Part shown: in pieces, positions 9,497 through 19,215 of the stretch | Position numbering within the stretch: the stretch's first letter is position 1 | How the letters are laid out: every line of letters begins with the position of its first letter | Made by a program: the position numbers and the translations under genes | IMG/VR virus record: IMGVR_UViG_3300020583_000010 | Span: 32,001-96,000 of that record | Length of the DNA stretch: 64,000 nucleotides | Source of the DNA: a virus | Strand: one strand, 5' to 3' | The notes under the pieces: generated by a model | Told to the model about the DNA's origin: nothing | What the model saw: only the letters and a program-made list of their open reading frames with translations | Databases searched by the model: none

Positions 9497-10664
9497 CTCT
9501 TGCTACTCTCTTTCTAGTATCATGTAGCAACTTTGCCTCAGTGTACTTGTCTCTCACTTCATGACCTTTTCCTGGTACTAGATCTGGAAGTCTTCGGAAG
9601 AAATCATCCATTACCCGATCCCAGGAACACATTTCAGGAATAAGTTTCGCACCAGTCATACCTTTCTGCTTCACTTCCTCGCGGTTTCTAAAGCAGTGAA
9701 GCATTAGGGCTTTAAGGTGATCTTTATCTGCCTTAGCCCACTTACAGTTAAGTAAATCTCTACCAGGGACGCCAAATGGTTCAAGTTCATAATTAAGAGG
9801 ATAGGCATACTGTGTATGAAGCCATTGCTGATGGCCTCCCCAATCTGTGGCTACTACTGACCCTCCGGTAGAAAGCATCTCCAATGCTGGAAGATTCTTT
9901 CCTTCCCCATAAGAAGGCGCTAGCAGTACGTGACCACTCTTATAGAACTCATGCATCTCGTAGTCATCGAATGTTCTGTAGTGCACGCGTAGCTTAGGAA
10001 TAGCATCTTCTATCATAGGAGGAAGACTAGAGACAGTAGTATGAAGATGAAACTCCGCTGGTTCGAACTCTACAGGGTATTCTGTTTTAAGTTCAGCGAA
10101 GGCCTCTATGGCTACGAATGGATTCTTCCGAAGGCCCAATTGTCCATTCATTATAAAACTGAATCTCTTACCGTGCCAATTACGCTCCATGTATGGCCAT
10201 AGTTTATCATTATAACCTCCCTGTAGAGTGCCCATAGGCAGCTTTGGAGCGCGTGCTTGAAATGCGCCTACAGAAACATCAGAGTAGCCGAAAAGAGCAT
10301 CAAAGTCACTTGTGCGCTTTTTAAATGTAGAGCGCCCAACAAGATTTCCTAGGGTGCTGAACTCCCACATTGACCATCCAACTATAACATCAGTAGCTGC
10401 TTTTTGTTCTTTAGTGGCGCCGAGCATACTAGGATCAACATGGTGAATCATGAGGTCGAATGGTGCTTCTAGGTGTTTTGTTAAAAGATTAGCCACACCC
10501 TTAGGAAGAGGAGGCTGAAGGTTTATGGGCTGTAAGTAGACATCAATACCTTTTAGCATCAGAGCATCAGCCATATCGATTAGGTCACTACCATACCCTG
10601 AGTATCTTGAAAATGGCCCAACCAGCAGGACCTTCAGCGGTCCTTCATTCATTAATGTCATCAC
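9489..10664 (-). CDS. Glycosyltransferase, GT-B fold (GT4-like)
   Basis: N-terminal SGYG, RKNP, and PSYGEGKNLPALE (ExF/GxxxxE-like) motifs. Confidence 0.9.
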   Translation of the reverse strand: MMTLMNEGPLKVLLVGPFSRYSGYGSDLIDMADALMLKGIDVYLQPINLQPPLPKGVANLLTKHLEAPFDLMIHHVDPSMLGATKEQKAATDVIVGWSMWEFSTLGNLVGRSTFKKRTSDFDALFGYSDVSVGAFQARAPKLPMGTLQGGYNDKLWPYMERNWHGKRFSFIMNGQLGLRKNPFVAIEAFAELKTEYPVEFEPAEFHLHTTVSSLPPMIEDAIPKLRVHYRTFDDYEMHEFYKSGHVLLAPSYGEGKNLPALEMLSTGGSVVATDWGGHQQWLHTQYAYPLNYELEPFGVPGRDLLNCKWAKADKDHLKALMLHCFRNREEVKQKGMTGAKLIPEMCSWDRVMDDFFRRLPDLVPGKGHEVRDKYTEAKLLHDTRKRVARDA

Positions 10665-10694
10665 GGCCTCCAGGGCTCTTAGGATGTTCTATTT

Positions 10695-10704
10695 TAGAAT
10701 CGGT
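10695..10704 (-). promoter_or_regulatory. Putative late promoter motif ACCGATTCTA
   Basis: In the short gap upstream of the glycosyltransferase. Confidence 0.5.
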
Positions 10705-11228
10705 TAAGACTGAAAAAAGGCAGTCTGTAATCCATATGACACTGTGCCTATAACTAAGTCATCTTCCGAATTCAACTTAGGCATAAATGCTATATCCCCT
10801 AACCGGTATGATCTCCAGACTGGCTGGGTTCCGAACATTACAACTTCACTGCTGGTGAAGTTCAAGTAGGAGTCCATAATATTGTACAAATAGTCAGCAG
10901 CAAGACGAGCATCTCTAGGTCGTGTAACTTTACCATCCATACCACGTGGTGGATCTGCCCATATTTCTATTGTAAGCTTTGGGAACCTCTCAGTTGTCTG
11001 AGGAGAAGGAGTTCCCCATGTCCCTGAGCCTTTAACTACGATAGCGGTTACTGGATTTTCTGGCCATTTTGCTGAGATACCATTCATATTCTGAATAATC
11101 TCTTCTTGGAAGATGAATGGTGTGCCATTATCATACTGGCCTACCAGATTAGTTATCTGAGGTATGCTTAACAGGTATTTAGTACACCCTTTAACATGAT
11201 CATCTGGATAAGGAAAGTTCAATTGCAT
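10704..11228 (-). CDS. Putative tail terminator
   Basis: Size and position in head-tail joining block. Confidence 0.55.
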   Translation of the reverse strand: MQLNFPYPDDHVKGCTKYLLSIPQITNLVGQYDNGTPFIFQEEIIQNMNGISAKWPENPVTAIVVKGSGTWGTPSPQTTERFPKLTIEIWADPPRGMDGKVTRPRDARLAADYLYNIMDSYLNFTSSEVVMFGTQPVWRSYRLGDIAFMPKLNSEDDLVIGTVSYGLQTAFFQS

Positions 11229-11797
11229 CAGGCACCTCCAATATAAAATCCGCTAGAACTTGGTTTACTAGTGCCACTAGGATTTGCCAGGCCTTTAGCT
11301 AAGTGTGCTTTAAGAATCGTCTGTACTCTATTTTTCTGGTATGCCGCTGATTTCTCAACAGATCTTGCAGCTACCTTTGAGTTACCAAGCAGTGAAGGAG
11401 CTTCTGCTGTCAATTCTTGTGTTCTTGAGTTAGAGAAGAAGTTTATTATCTCTTTAATGATGCGAGATGGAATATTCGCATAAGCAGGAGCAAAGAAGAA
11501 GTGAGTTCCTCCACGAGCCAATTCAAACACACCGTAGTACGCTGGGTCTCTAGGCATGCCTGGCGCTGCTCCACCTACCTTGATAGTTCCCTGCCAGCCA
11601 CCAGGATAGGCAGGGGAATCCCAAGTAGTGGTAGACTTTAAGGAACCTGTCTCTATATGAATCAGCGCAAAGACTTCTGCTGCCATTGTTGCAAATATCT
11701 CAGCAAAAGAAGTCATAGTTCTAACATCTGGAGCATCTAAGAGACGATGTAATTCGTCTTTAACCTGTCGGTCATCCACTGAGATATTTATCTTCAT
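11228..11797 (-). CDS. Putative neck/tail completion protein (HK97 gp10-like)
   Basis: HIETGSLKS and AYYGVFE...FFAPA motifs. Confidence 0.6.
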   Translation of the reverse strand: MKINISVDDRQVKDELHRLLDAPDVRTMTSFAEIFATMAAEVFALIHIETGSLKSTTTWDSPAYPGGWQGTIKVGGAAPGMPRDPAYYGVFELARGGTHFFFAPAYANIPSRIIKEIINFFSNSRTQELTAEAPSLLGNSKVAARSVEKSAAYQKNRVQTILKAHLAKGLANPSGTSKPSSSGFYIGGA

Positions 11798-11799
11798 GG

Positions 11800-12270
11800 T
11801 TATCTGGTTATCTCGCCGAGCTCTACACCCGGGAACAGATTATTGTCTATTGCCTTCTCAGTTATCTGGGCCTCAATATGAGTTATACCTAACACATCCT
11901 GGGCACCTTCAGGTATAGCCATTATTTGAAATGTAGAACCTACATAGGCTCCTTTTACAACAACTAGGAGATCATTAGCTCTAACTGCGTCTCTCTTAGG
12001 AGGAATATCATAGAATACTGTTCCCGCACGGGGTATGGGACTACCTGCCTCGTAGGGAGGAGCCGTTTGAATTCCTGTGCGAACAAACTGGATATCCAAT
12101 CGGCATTTCATTTTTCCGGGACTTCGAAGGAACCTATCAGCCAGGTCAGAACTTCTTTGGTAATTGAGTACAGGAGCTCCATCTTCTATTCCGGGGCCAT
12201 TACCCATACTAAGGCGCCAGACCTCCACAGTACTCGAATAGAGATATCTTATGTTGGAGTTTCTAGCCAT
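11800..12270 (-). CDS. Putative head-to-tail stopper
   Basis: Position; beta-rich with C-terminal HIEA motif. Confidence 0.55.
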   Translation of the reverse strand: MARNSNIRYLYSSTVEVWRLSMGNGPGIEDGAPVLNYQRSSDLADRFLRSPGKMKCRLDIQFVRTGIQTAPPYEAGSPIPRAGTVFYDIPPKRDAVRANDLLVVVKGAYVGSTFQIMAIPEGAQDVLGITHIEAQITEKAIDNNLFPGVELGEITR

Positions 12271-12272
12271 GG

Positions 12273-12854
12273 CTACGATCCCATGGTGAAGTTACCAGTG
12301 AAGCCGTCTCCACCGTCTCCACTGATAGTGCCGAAACCTAGTAGCCCGTCTCTGTTATGCTCAGCTGGTCCTGTCAGTTTGTGCTCATCTGTAAAGTGAT
12401 CATGATCAATCCATACACTGTCATCATCCCACTTCATGGTTAGAGCACTGCTGAACACTCCGCCCATTTGTGTACGGAGAGCTAAGAACCGGACCGCGTA
12501 GTCAAACATGACTATGCCGGTGGACTCACCCTTAAGGGCATTAGACTGAGCATTACCACGAATATATGATACAGGCTTAGACCATGAAACTGAACCGGCA
12601 TTTTGACTCTGAAACGGGCTGAACTCTGCATCCTTGTAGGGCTGCTGTAGTACAAGAACATCAGCGAAGGCTAGAATACCCATCTGGGCCAACTGCTGTT
12701 GAAAAGGATCTACAGGCCAATCCATAAGCTCTGTCAACAACATAAACACCACAGTAGCCTCCACCAAAGCAAAGTCTGCATAAGGCGGGTAATCTTCCAG
12801 GTCTCTTCCAGAGAATTGAGCCAGCTGAGCTACAGTAAAAGTCGGAAAAGCCAT
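12273..12854 (-). CDS. Putative head-to-tail adaptor
   Basis: Position; SQNAGSVSWS (S-x-x-x-G-x-Y/V-S-like) motif. Confidence 0.6.
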   Translation of the reverse strand: MAFPTFTVAQLAQFSGRDLEDYPPYADFALVEATVVFMLLTELMDWPVDPFQQQLAQMGILAFADVLVLQQPYKDAEFSPFQSQNAGSVSWSKPVSYIRGNAQSNALKGESTGIVMFDYAVRFLALRTQMGGVFSSALTMKWDDDSVWIDHDHFTDEHKLTGPAEHNRDGLLGFGTISGDGGDGFTGNFTMGS

Positions 12855-12868
12855 TAGCGGCAGTCTCT

Positions 12869-13276
12869 CTACTTAGGAACTCCTCGGCCACGCTCAAGTT
12901 CTTTTTTAGCTTCGGCCTCTAAATAATCTCTTGAGATAGAAAGGCCGTGCATATTAGAAACTCCGCGATAGTCGAATCTCTCATTTGGACTGACTTTATA
13001 ATTTACAATAGGGTTAGGAATGGTAGAAGGACCAGTTTTAAACTTTACCTTTCCCCACTGCGCTTCCTGCTCTTCTTCTGTAAGCTCTAGCCAAGACTTA
13101 CCATGGATGTCTTTAGTGCGCTCAAACTCTGGTGAGTCTTTGCCTACTTCTAACTCCTGCCCGGCTAACCAGCTATATCCAAAAGCGGTTAATCCATCTT
13201 CTACAAAATGAATGAGGATTGTCTCTGGCTTAACTACTTTACTTGCAGTATTTGCTGCTCTAGGCGCTGCTGGCAT
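12869..13276 (-). CDS. Hypothetical virion-region protein
   Basis: 135-aa ORF with SD in head operon. Confidence 0.7.
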   Translation of the reverse strand: MPAAPRAANTASKVVKPETILIHFVEDGLTAFGYSWLAGQELEVGKDSPEFERTKDIHGKSWLELTEEEQEAQWGKVKFKTGPSTIPNPIVNYKVSPNERFDYRGVSNMHGLSISRDYLEAEAKKELERGRGVPK

Positions 13277-13293
13277 TATGGCCTCCTGGGCTC

Positions 13294-13566
13294 TTATGAG
13301 GTACTTGCGAATCTGACACTGAATGTAATACTTGACGCTGTTGTATTACGAATATACAACTCTGCCCCACCGGCAGCAAAAGGGCCACCTGTGACTGGAT
13401 AAGTCGGAGTACTCACTGAAGATGAAGGAACCTGAACAAGGCCACTTGCCCCTCCGCCGAATATCTCGAATACTCCAGCAGTGGCTGTAATACTTGTGGT
13501 AGCGAATAAACCAACCGTAGTGCTAGCGGCTAGTGTGACTGAACCGACATAATTTGTAGCAGCCAT
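13294..13566 (-). CDS. Small Ser/Thr-rich putative virion protein
   Basis: SD AAGGAG, own late promoter motif, beta-rich. Confidence 0.7.
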   Translation of the reverse strand: MAATNYVGSVTLAASTTVGLFATTSITATAGVFEIFGGGASGLVQVPSSSVSTPTYPVTGGPFAAGGAELYIRNTTASSITFSVRFASTS

Positions 13567-13595
13567 AATGACTCCTTAAAGATTAATCTCTATCT

Positions 13596-13605
13596 TATAA
13601 TCGGA
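13596..13605 (-). promoter_or_regulatory. Putative late promoter motif TCCGATTATA
   Basis: Intergenic copy upstream of 13566 start. Confidence 0.6.
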
Positions 13606-13666
13606 ATAGGCACTTAGTCATGTAATCTGTAACTTCACATATCTTATTTATAAAGTCTGGATATGA

Positions 13667-13696
13667 CAAAATCCCCTATATCTCAAGGGGACTTTG
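13667..13696 (-). terminator. Rho-independent terminator after major capsid gene
   Basis: CAAAGTCCCC...GGGGATTTTG hairpin. Confidence 0.6.
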
Positions 13697-13723
13697 CTTT
13701 TGCTACTAAATCATAAATGCAGG

Positions 13724-14827
13724 TCAGCCTGCATTCGAGCAGTAGATAAACTGCTCAGGTCTTTCGACTATAGGGAGGTACTGTAGCTCCATTAGAACCA
13801 CTCGGGCTGACGGGTCTTTCTCTAGCCAAGACTTGGTGAACTTGCCGTACACATCGTCTCCGGCCTCAAGGTCAGGAGACTTACCATAGACCATGGTCAC
13901 TGGCTGTCCCTGAGTGTAGTTGCCTAGGAAGACTTCTGGGTTACCAGAGGTACCATCACCGACGAAACGAGTGTTGTTACCAGCTGTGTTAGTGTACAGC
14001 TCGTCTACTGCATGCCAGTCAAGTCCCATGAATCCTGGTAGGCCCTGACCCTTGTAGTAGGCATCCTTCATAGTGTCAGAAAGAAGCCCACCAACAGCTG
14101 CGGCACCAAGACTGCTTGGTGAGTTAGGAGCAGCATTAGTCTGAATTGAAGAAGTAGCACCACCAGTGTTAAGTGAGACTGTAGCGACACCACGGTTTAC
14201 CCACGCGTCAATGATCTTCTGCACTGTTACAGAAGAACAGTAGGCGTCAGTAGCAGGTACACGACCGTGGGTCTCGACTAGACGCTTCCACGCGAACACG
14301 TCATCTACGATGTTCTGAGGAGTGGCACTTGACCACACTACCGCAGGACTCACTAGATGAGAACTTGGGAACTGGTAGTTAATTGTAACACTTGAACCAT
14401 CCTGGTAAGCAATGGTTGAAGAGCCGCGAAGAGCATTCCAGAGCAGGTATTCCTGCTCAAGGTCGATAGAGTCAGACATTCCCTGAAGTTCACGCATAAC
14501 CTTGCGCTCAGCGTTAGTCTGGTTGATAGTGCCAGGCTCACGAAGCCAACGTAGAAGCTGACCCTGAAAGGTCTTCTTGATACGTGAGTAAGCTAGTTTG
14601 GCATAGCCAGAGCTGTTACCAAGTTGGTTCTGAAGAATGGCCTCGGCGCCGGGAACATTGAACCCGGCAAGCTGACGAGCACCCTTCTCGATGTCCCAAG
14701 CTACATAGTCAGGACCATCAGAGGGGCGTGATGGAATAGTGTTTAGAAGTGCAAGGTCCTGCGGTGTCACAAATTTCTGGACAACGCGGTTCAGAACCAT
14801 GGGTTCCAAAAGGGAAATATCTGGCAC
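13724..14827 (-). CDS. Major capsid protein (lambda gpE-like family)
   Basis: 367 aa; EYLLWNALRG, FTKSWLEKDPS...LP motifs; downstream of decoration/protease. Confidence 0.9.
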   Translation of the reverse strand: MPDISLLEPMVLNRVVQKFVTPQDLALLNTIPSRPSDGPDYVAWDIEKGARQLAGFNVPGAEAILQNQLGNSSGYAKLAYSRIKKTFQGQLLRWLREPGTINQTNAERKVMRELQGMSDSIDLEQEYLLWNALRGSSTIAYQDGSSVTINYQFPSSHLVSPAVVWSSATPQNIVDDVFAWKRLVETHGRVPATDAYCSSVTVQKIIDAWVNRGVATVSLNTGGATSSIQTNAAPNSPSSLGAAAVGGLLSDTMKDAYYKGQGLPGFMGLDWHAVDELYTNTAGNNTRFVGDGTSGNPEVFLGNYTQGQPVTMVYGKSPDLEAGDDVYGKFTKSWLEKDPSARVVLMELQYLPIVERPEQFIYCSNAG

Positions 14828-14906
14828 AGTTTTCTCTTTTCCGTGAGGAAAGTGACTAAGGTTATAATTACCGTAAAACAGTAACCCGGCACTCTGTGCC
14901 TACCTT

Positions 14907-14916
14907 ATATATCGGA
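14907..14916 (-). promoter_or_regulatory. Putative late promoter motif TCCGATATAT
   Basis: Upstream of major capsid gene. Confidence 0.6.
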
Positions 14917-14922
14917 GTAGTA

Positions 14923-14951
14923 TTGCAAAGCTGTCGATTATGTGTTAAACT
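14923..14951 (+). promoter_or_regulatory. Sigma70-type promoter of Endo VII gene
   Basis: TTGCAA-17-TAAACT. Confidence 0.6.
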
Positions 14952-14977
14952 TCGTAATAAACTACAAAAGGAAAGTA

Positions 14978-15619
14978 ATGGGCACTAGAGCAGAGCGTTT
15001 ATGGGATAAGTCAGATAGAGATTGCATAGTGTGCGGGGATACTTACACACCAGTAAGACACTCACAAAAGTTCTGTCCACCCCCTAAACGGTGCAGGTAT
15101 ACCAATAAAGCTCGTTTATTGTCTAGAAATTCTAATCCTCATCCTCTTATATGTAAAGACTGCGGAAAAGACTTTATGCCTAGAGCCTCAAATCAATATA
15201 CTTGTGGGATGAATTGCCCTGGAAGGCCTCAAAGATTTAAGAAATGTGCCAATGCTTTCTGTAGTAAGAAATTTGCGATCAGCAGGAATGGCTCAGCTAC
15301 TCGCCAAATATTCTGCTCGACTAGTTGTAGAAATAAAGAAGAGGCATTCCGTAAGTATAAGATGACATCTAGAGACTACCTTAAGATGTTAAAAGCTCAG
15401 GGAGGAAATTGCCTAGCGTGTGGCGAACAACCTGAGGAAGGAAGGCGCCTAGTAGTTGCTCATGACCACAGTTGCTGCCCAGGACAATATAACTGTGGTA
15501 CGTGCATAAAAGGGTTACTCCATATTGAGTGCAATATCCTGGAGGGGCTATTTACAGATAACCCTAATCGGCTGGTGAAAGCAGCAACGCACTTCATGTC
15601 CAGTATAAAGTACAGATAA
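14978..15619 (+). CDS. Endonuclease VII-family (HNH) free-standing homing endonuclease with N-terminal Cys repeats, possibly inactive
   Basis: CLAC...VAHDHSCC...KGLLHIECN; ATG 14978 has SD AAGGAAAG. Confidence 0.85.
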   Translation: MGTRAERLWDKSDRDCIVCGDTYTPVRHSQKFCPPPKRCRYTNKARLLSRNSNPHPLICKDCGKDFMPRASNQYTCGMNCPGRPQRFKKCANAFCSKKFAISRNGSATRQIFCSTSCRNKEEAFRKYKMTSRDYLKMLKAQGGNCLACGEQPEEGRRLVVAHDHSCCPGQYNCGTCIKGLLHIECNILEGLFTDNPNRLVKAATHFMSSIKYR

Positions 15620-15624
15620 AATGC

Positions 15625-15658
15625 AAAATCCCGCTACCTGTTAAGTAGCGGGATCTTA
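15625..15658. terminator. Terminator hairpin between convergent genes
   Basis: ATCCCGCTAC-ctgttaa-GTAGCGGGAT. Confidence 0.7.
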
Positions 15659-15671
15659 CAGTGGGAAGATC

Positions 15672-16163
15672 TTAGAAGTAGAAGTACCCGACAGAGTTGT
15701 CTAGGCGTCCTACTAGCTTAGTGATAGCATTAGCATCTAGGCCAGACACAACCTGGTAGTTTACAACACCACGGTCCACAACAAGTCCGAAGACTGCCTG
15801 GGCTGGAGTACCGGAGGCTGTACCGCCGGTATCAACACCGTTGCGAAGGAAGCCTACAGGAATCTGAAGACCTGGATCACTCGCACTAGAGCTGTATACT
15901 CCGTACATGTACTGATTTACACCAGCAGCTGTGTACTGAGCAATTACAGTTCCAGTAGGGATAATTCCCTGACCCGGAGCAAGCATAGCTCCACGCTCGC
16001 GCCAGCCACCCTTAGTTGAAGCTAGAAGCTCCAGGACCGCAGGGGCGTGGAAGGCATCACCAAAAGTGCTACCATATGTGTGAAGAGGATCGGTAAACCC
16101 GGGAACCGGGATAACTGGGTAGGAGTCGCCCGGTGTGTATGAAGGCGGAGTTGGAGCAGGCAT
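15672..16163 (-). CDS. Head decoration protein (lambda gpD-like)
   Basis: GQGIIPTGTVIA motif; between protease and capsid genes. Confidence 0.75.
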   Translation of the reverse strand: MPAPTPPSYTPGDSYPVIPVPGFTDPLHTYGSTFGDAFHAPAVLELLASTKGGWRERGAMLAPGQGIIPTGTVIAQYTAAGVNQYMYGVYSSSASDPGLQIPVGFLRNGVDTGGTASGTPAQAVFGLVVDRGVVNYQVVSGLDANAITKLVGRLDNSVGYFYF

Positions 16164-16196
16164 AGTTTATATTCCCTATTCCCTTAGTAGGCGACT

Positions 16197-17369
16197 TTAC
16201 TTGGCAAAGTTCTTGGTATAGCGCTCTACTTCAGCGTCAATATCAAGTTCTTCTTGCTGGGCTGCTGGAGCCTGTTCCTGTCCTGCCATACTGCCAAGTT
16301 TAACAAGTGGCTCAGAAGGAATCAACTTATCGAACATCTCAGGATTAGTTAGACGTAGATCAACATAAGTATCCTTCTGGTGAGGAAGAATATAGCCTTC
16401 ATTAATCAGAGCCTGAACAATGTGCCCGGCACGATCCTTTTCCAAGGTCTCGATACGAGCTGAAAGAGATACTTTCTCCTGGGCTAGTTCAGCAATAGCG
16501 CCGACTAGTGTCTCAGTATCTACAGTATTATCAGTACTAGAAAGCTCAAGGGTCTCAGCAAGCTGAGTAGCAAGCTGGTTAGAGAGCTCCGTAGCAGCGG
16601 ATGCCTCTTCAGCCTGAGCCTGAAGAGCCTCGACATCAATGCCGTGGTTCTCAAGCAGAGCTGCAATCAACTCGTCAAGAGTCATTGGGATCTCCTCAGT
16701 AGGCGTAGACGCCTGGAGCGTCTCATCAATCAAACTATCGGCAGGTTCTTGCAACTCTTCAGAAACTTCAGTAATTTCCTGTGTTTCTTCGGCTATTGCG
16801 GCAGTATATACAACTATATCAGTGTCTTCACTTGAATTAGAAGCTGAAATAAGTTCTTTGTAGTCTTCAAGTCCAGTGACATAAGGACGATTAGTGATAG
16901 CCACATGAAGAAGAGTTGGTCCTACTTTTTCGCCAGTCCTAGTATCAGTATAGTTAGTACTTAACATAGCTGAAGCACCTAGCCATGTCTTTCCCATTTT
17001 ATCCTTCGCATCAGCCCTGCGCGCATCAATTACTGCGTAAACTTTCCCATTACGCTCGCGGACTTCTACTACTTCCCCTACATTACGGTCTGGGTCTTCT
17101 GAATGCAAATTCTGTGCATCAGCAAGTGGAACTTGCACTATATCGCAAATACCATCATCAAAGTTCTTTCTCAACTTGGAGATAAACTCATCATCAATAT
17201 TGATTTCGGCTTTAGTTACAGGGTGAATAAGAATTCCCTTATTCAATATATGCTTCTCAAATAATGTTCCATTTTTAGTGCGGGCAAGTTCAACCCATTC
17301 ACTGTCTTCAGAAGGGAACACTGAGAGTTCGACCCTATCAGCCTGTGGTGTTGTTACCTTCTTGGACAT
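16197..17369 (-). CDS. Capsid maturation protease / scaffold (Mu gpI-like)
   Basis: ASAML and LLHVAITNRP motifs; acidic helical C-terminal scaffold. Confidence 0.85.
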   Translation of the reverse strand: MSKKVTTPQADRVELSVFPSEDSEWVELARTKNGTLFEKHILNKGILIHPVTKAEINIDDEFISKLRKNFDDGICDIVQVPLADAQNLHSEDPDRNVGEVVEVRERNGKVYAVIDARRADAKDKMGKTWLGASAMLSTNYTDTRTGEKVGPTLLHVAITNRPYVTGLEDYKELISASNSSEDTDIVVYTAAIAEETQEITEVSEELQEPADSLIDETLQASTPTEEIPMTLDELIAALLENHGIDVEALQAQAEEASAATELSNQLATQLAETLELSSTDNTVDTETLVGAIAELAQEKVSLSARIETLEKDRAGHIVQALINEGYILPHQKDTYVDLRLTNPEMFDKLIPSEPLVKLGSMAGQEQAPAAQQEELDIDAEVERYTKNFAK

Positions 17370-17398
17370 AGGAACTCCTTGTAAAGTCTACTACTAGA

Positions 17399-17408
17399 AT
17401 TTATCGGA
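17399..17408 (-). promoter_or_regulatory. Putative late promoter motif TCCGATAAAT
   Basis: In 43-nt gap upstream of protease gene. Confidence 0.6.
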
Positions 17409-17412
17409 CATC

Positions 17413-19215
17413 TTAGTGCCCTCTATCTCGTTCTTTTCTGCGTTCTTTTTCCTGCTGCAACTTAGATTTAGGACTCTGTACTTCTATCTTGGCCTTTGGC
17501 TTGGTATTTCCAGGATTCTTTTCAGTAGCCGCAGCAGCTCTTTTGACAGCAGGATGTGGGGCAGCGGACACTTTCTTAGCTTGAGTTACTTTTTTAGCAG
17601 CTGATACTTTTTTCGCTGCTGGAGGTTTAGAAGTCGTTGCCTTAGCAGGTACAGCCTGTGTGCTTGTAGACTTTGCTCCGGGAACTGGGGGTGTCACTTT
17701 AGGAGGTGGCAGTGGTTGACCGTTAGGTCCTATCCCCTGCTGCTGAGCAGCAAGAGGGTCGGCTGCTGCCTCAAGAGCATTATTCTGCTGAACAAGATTA
17801 GTTTTGAATGTAAGTTGCTGAAGTTGATCATTCTGCTGGTTCTGTTTAGCAAACTGACTTTGCAGAGTGTCAGCATCAAGGTTAAGACCAACATCTTCAG
17901 CCCACTTGAGCTGGAGTGCCTGTGAGATCTCAGGTGCGATATTAGTTTCAGGAGCTATAGCAATCTGACTGAAGGCTGCCTGAATAGCGTCCTTCTGCTC
18001 ATCAGTGAAAGGTCCCCAATGGAAGGTAGGATAATTTCCAGTACCGAAATTCCAGTCAATGAACCTAGGTATCAACTGATTATTTATCATGGAAGCCACA
18101 TCATCCATGATAGTCTCAAGCATCTGAATGAATAATGTATCATCCTGTGAGCTGAAGTTCACTAATGGACTTTTGCCTCCAGTATCATTTCCATCAAAGA
18201 AACTTGCTAACACAGACTCAGACATCATATGGTTGTGGTACTCAATAGCTGGCATAAAGTCAAACTTGCCAGACTCCTGCAAGGATGTAACAGTCCAGTC
18301 AATAGGAACCGCCATCCACTGCTGTGACCCTAACTCACTCAAGGCACGAAGGAAGTGATCTTTATCTGCCTTATTTGGGTTTGGTGGCATAGTACCTATA
18401 CGAGTACCCAGAGCACCCTTCTGTGCTGCTAGGTGCATCAAGTACTCTAACTTCTTCTTCTTGTCATAATGCCAGAAAGCTGTCGCGAACATAGATACCC
18501 CATATAGAGGGTCTATCTCAGAGTTGCAGACATACATCATCATATCATCTGCTGGAAGTTCTACATCTATGTACCGGTTATTCACATAAGCTATCTGACG
18601 CCATCCGGCGAATTCATTATTATCATTAGTCAAGTAATGAACAGTCTCTGAAGGACGATAAGACGCCTTACGCAGAGTTATTTTGCCAGCTAGAGGACCT
18701 TGTTTAGGTACCCAGTATACTAACTCAAAAGCGGAGAACCCGTAGAATACTCCAAGTAATACTTGAGATATAAGCTGATTAATAGGAACTACCATTCCAC
18801 CAGACGCCGGGGGCATGTTCAACATCAGATCAATAAAGCTGGCCTCTTCTTCGCCTCCCTCAACTCCTGATATTGGCAGTATAGTAGATGTTTTAAGACT
18901 AGATCTGATAGGAAGAGTAATTAGACGGTATAATGCTTGAGCATGTCCATCAGTCTTAAGCATTGCCTCAAGCTGGGCAACCTTTACTTTCTCTTTATTC
19001 CATACCTCATGGAGACCATGATACATGGTAGAGAAAGGCCATGAGTATGTAACACCACGCTCGAAGTTTAATTCCTTCTTACGTGGCTTTGGCAAAATAA
19101 CACCAGCATCTCCAATAACACCCATGTTACTAGGTCCGGTTATCCCGGAATTTGCGAAACCTCTGTTTTCGGCATTTGTAGCGAGGTTTACAATCTCTTC
19201 TTCACTATCAGGCAC
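17413..19215 (-). CDS. Portal protein (Mu gp29/DUF935-like) with Lys/Ala-rich C-terminal tail
   Basis: YGFSAFELVY, PLYGVS, INNQLIPRFIDWNF motifs; after terminase. Confidence 0.88.
   Translation of the reverse strand: MPDSEEEIVNLATNAENRGFANSGITGPSNMGVIGDAGVILPKPRKKELNFERGVTYSWPFSTMYHGLHEVWNKEKVKVAQLEAMLKTDGHAQALYRLITLPIRSSLKTSTILPISGVEGGEEEASFIDLMLNMPPASGGMVVPINQLISQVLLGVFYGFSAFELVYWVPKQGPLAGKITLRKASYRPSETVHYLTNDNNEFAGWRQIAYVNNRYIDVELPADDMMMYVCNSEIDPLYGVSMFATAFWHYDKKKKLEYLMHLAAQKGALGTRIGTMPPNPNKADKDHFLRALSELGSQQWMAVPIDWTVTSLQESGKFDFMPAIEYHNHMMSESVLASFFDGNDTGGKSPLVNFSSQDDTLFIQMLETIMDDVASMINNQLIPRFIDWNFGTGNYPTFHWGPFTDEQKDAIQAAFSQIAIAPETNIAPEISQALQLKWAEDVGLNLDADTLQSQFAKQNQQNDQLQQLTFKTNLVQQNNALEAAADPLAAQQQGIGPNGQPLPPPKVTPPVPGAKSTSTQAVPAKATTSKPPAAKKVSAAKKVTQAKKVSAAPHPAVKRAAAATEKNPGNTKPKAKIEVQSPKSKLQQEKERRKERDRGH

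Noticed and set aside
8561-12854. Contractile tail suggested by Mu-like portal/protease
   Set aside because: No sheath-sized gene in the tail block; the very long tape measure fits a siphovirus.
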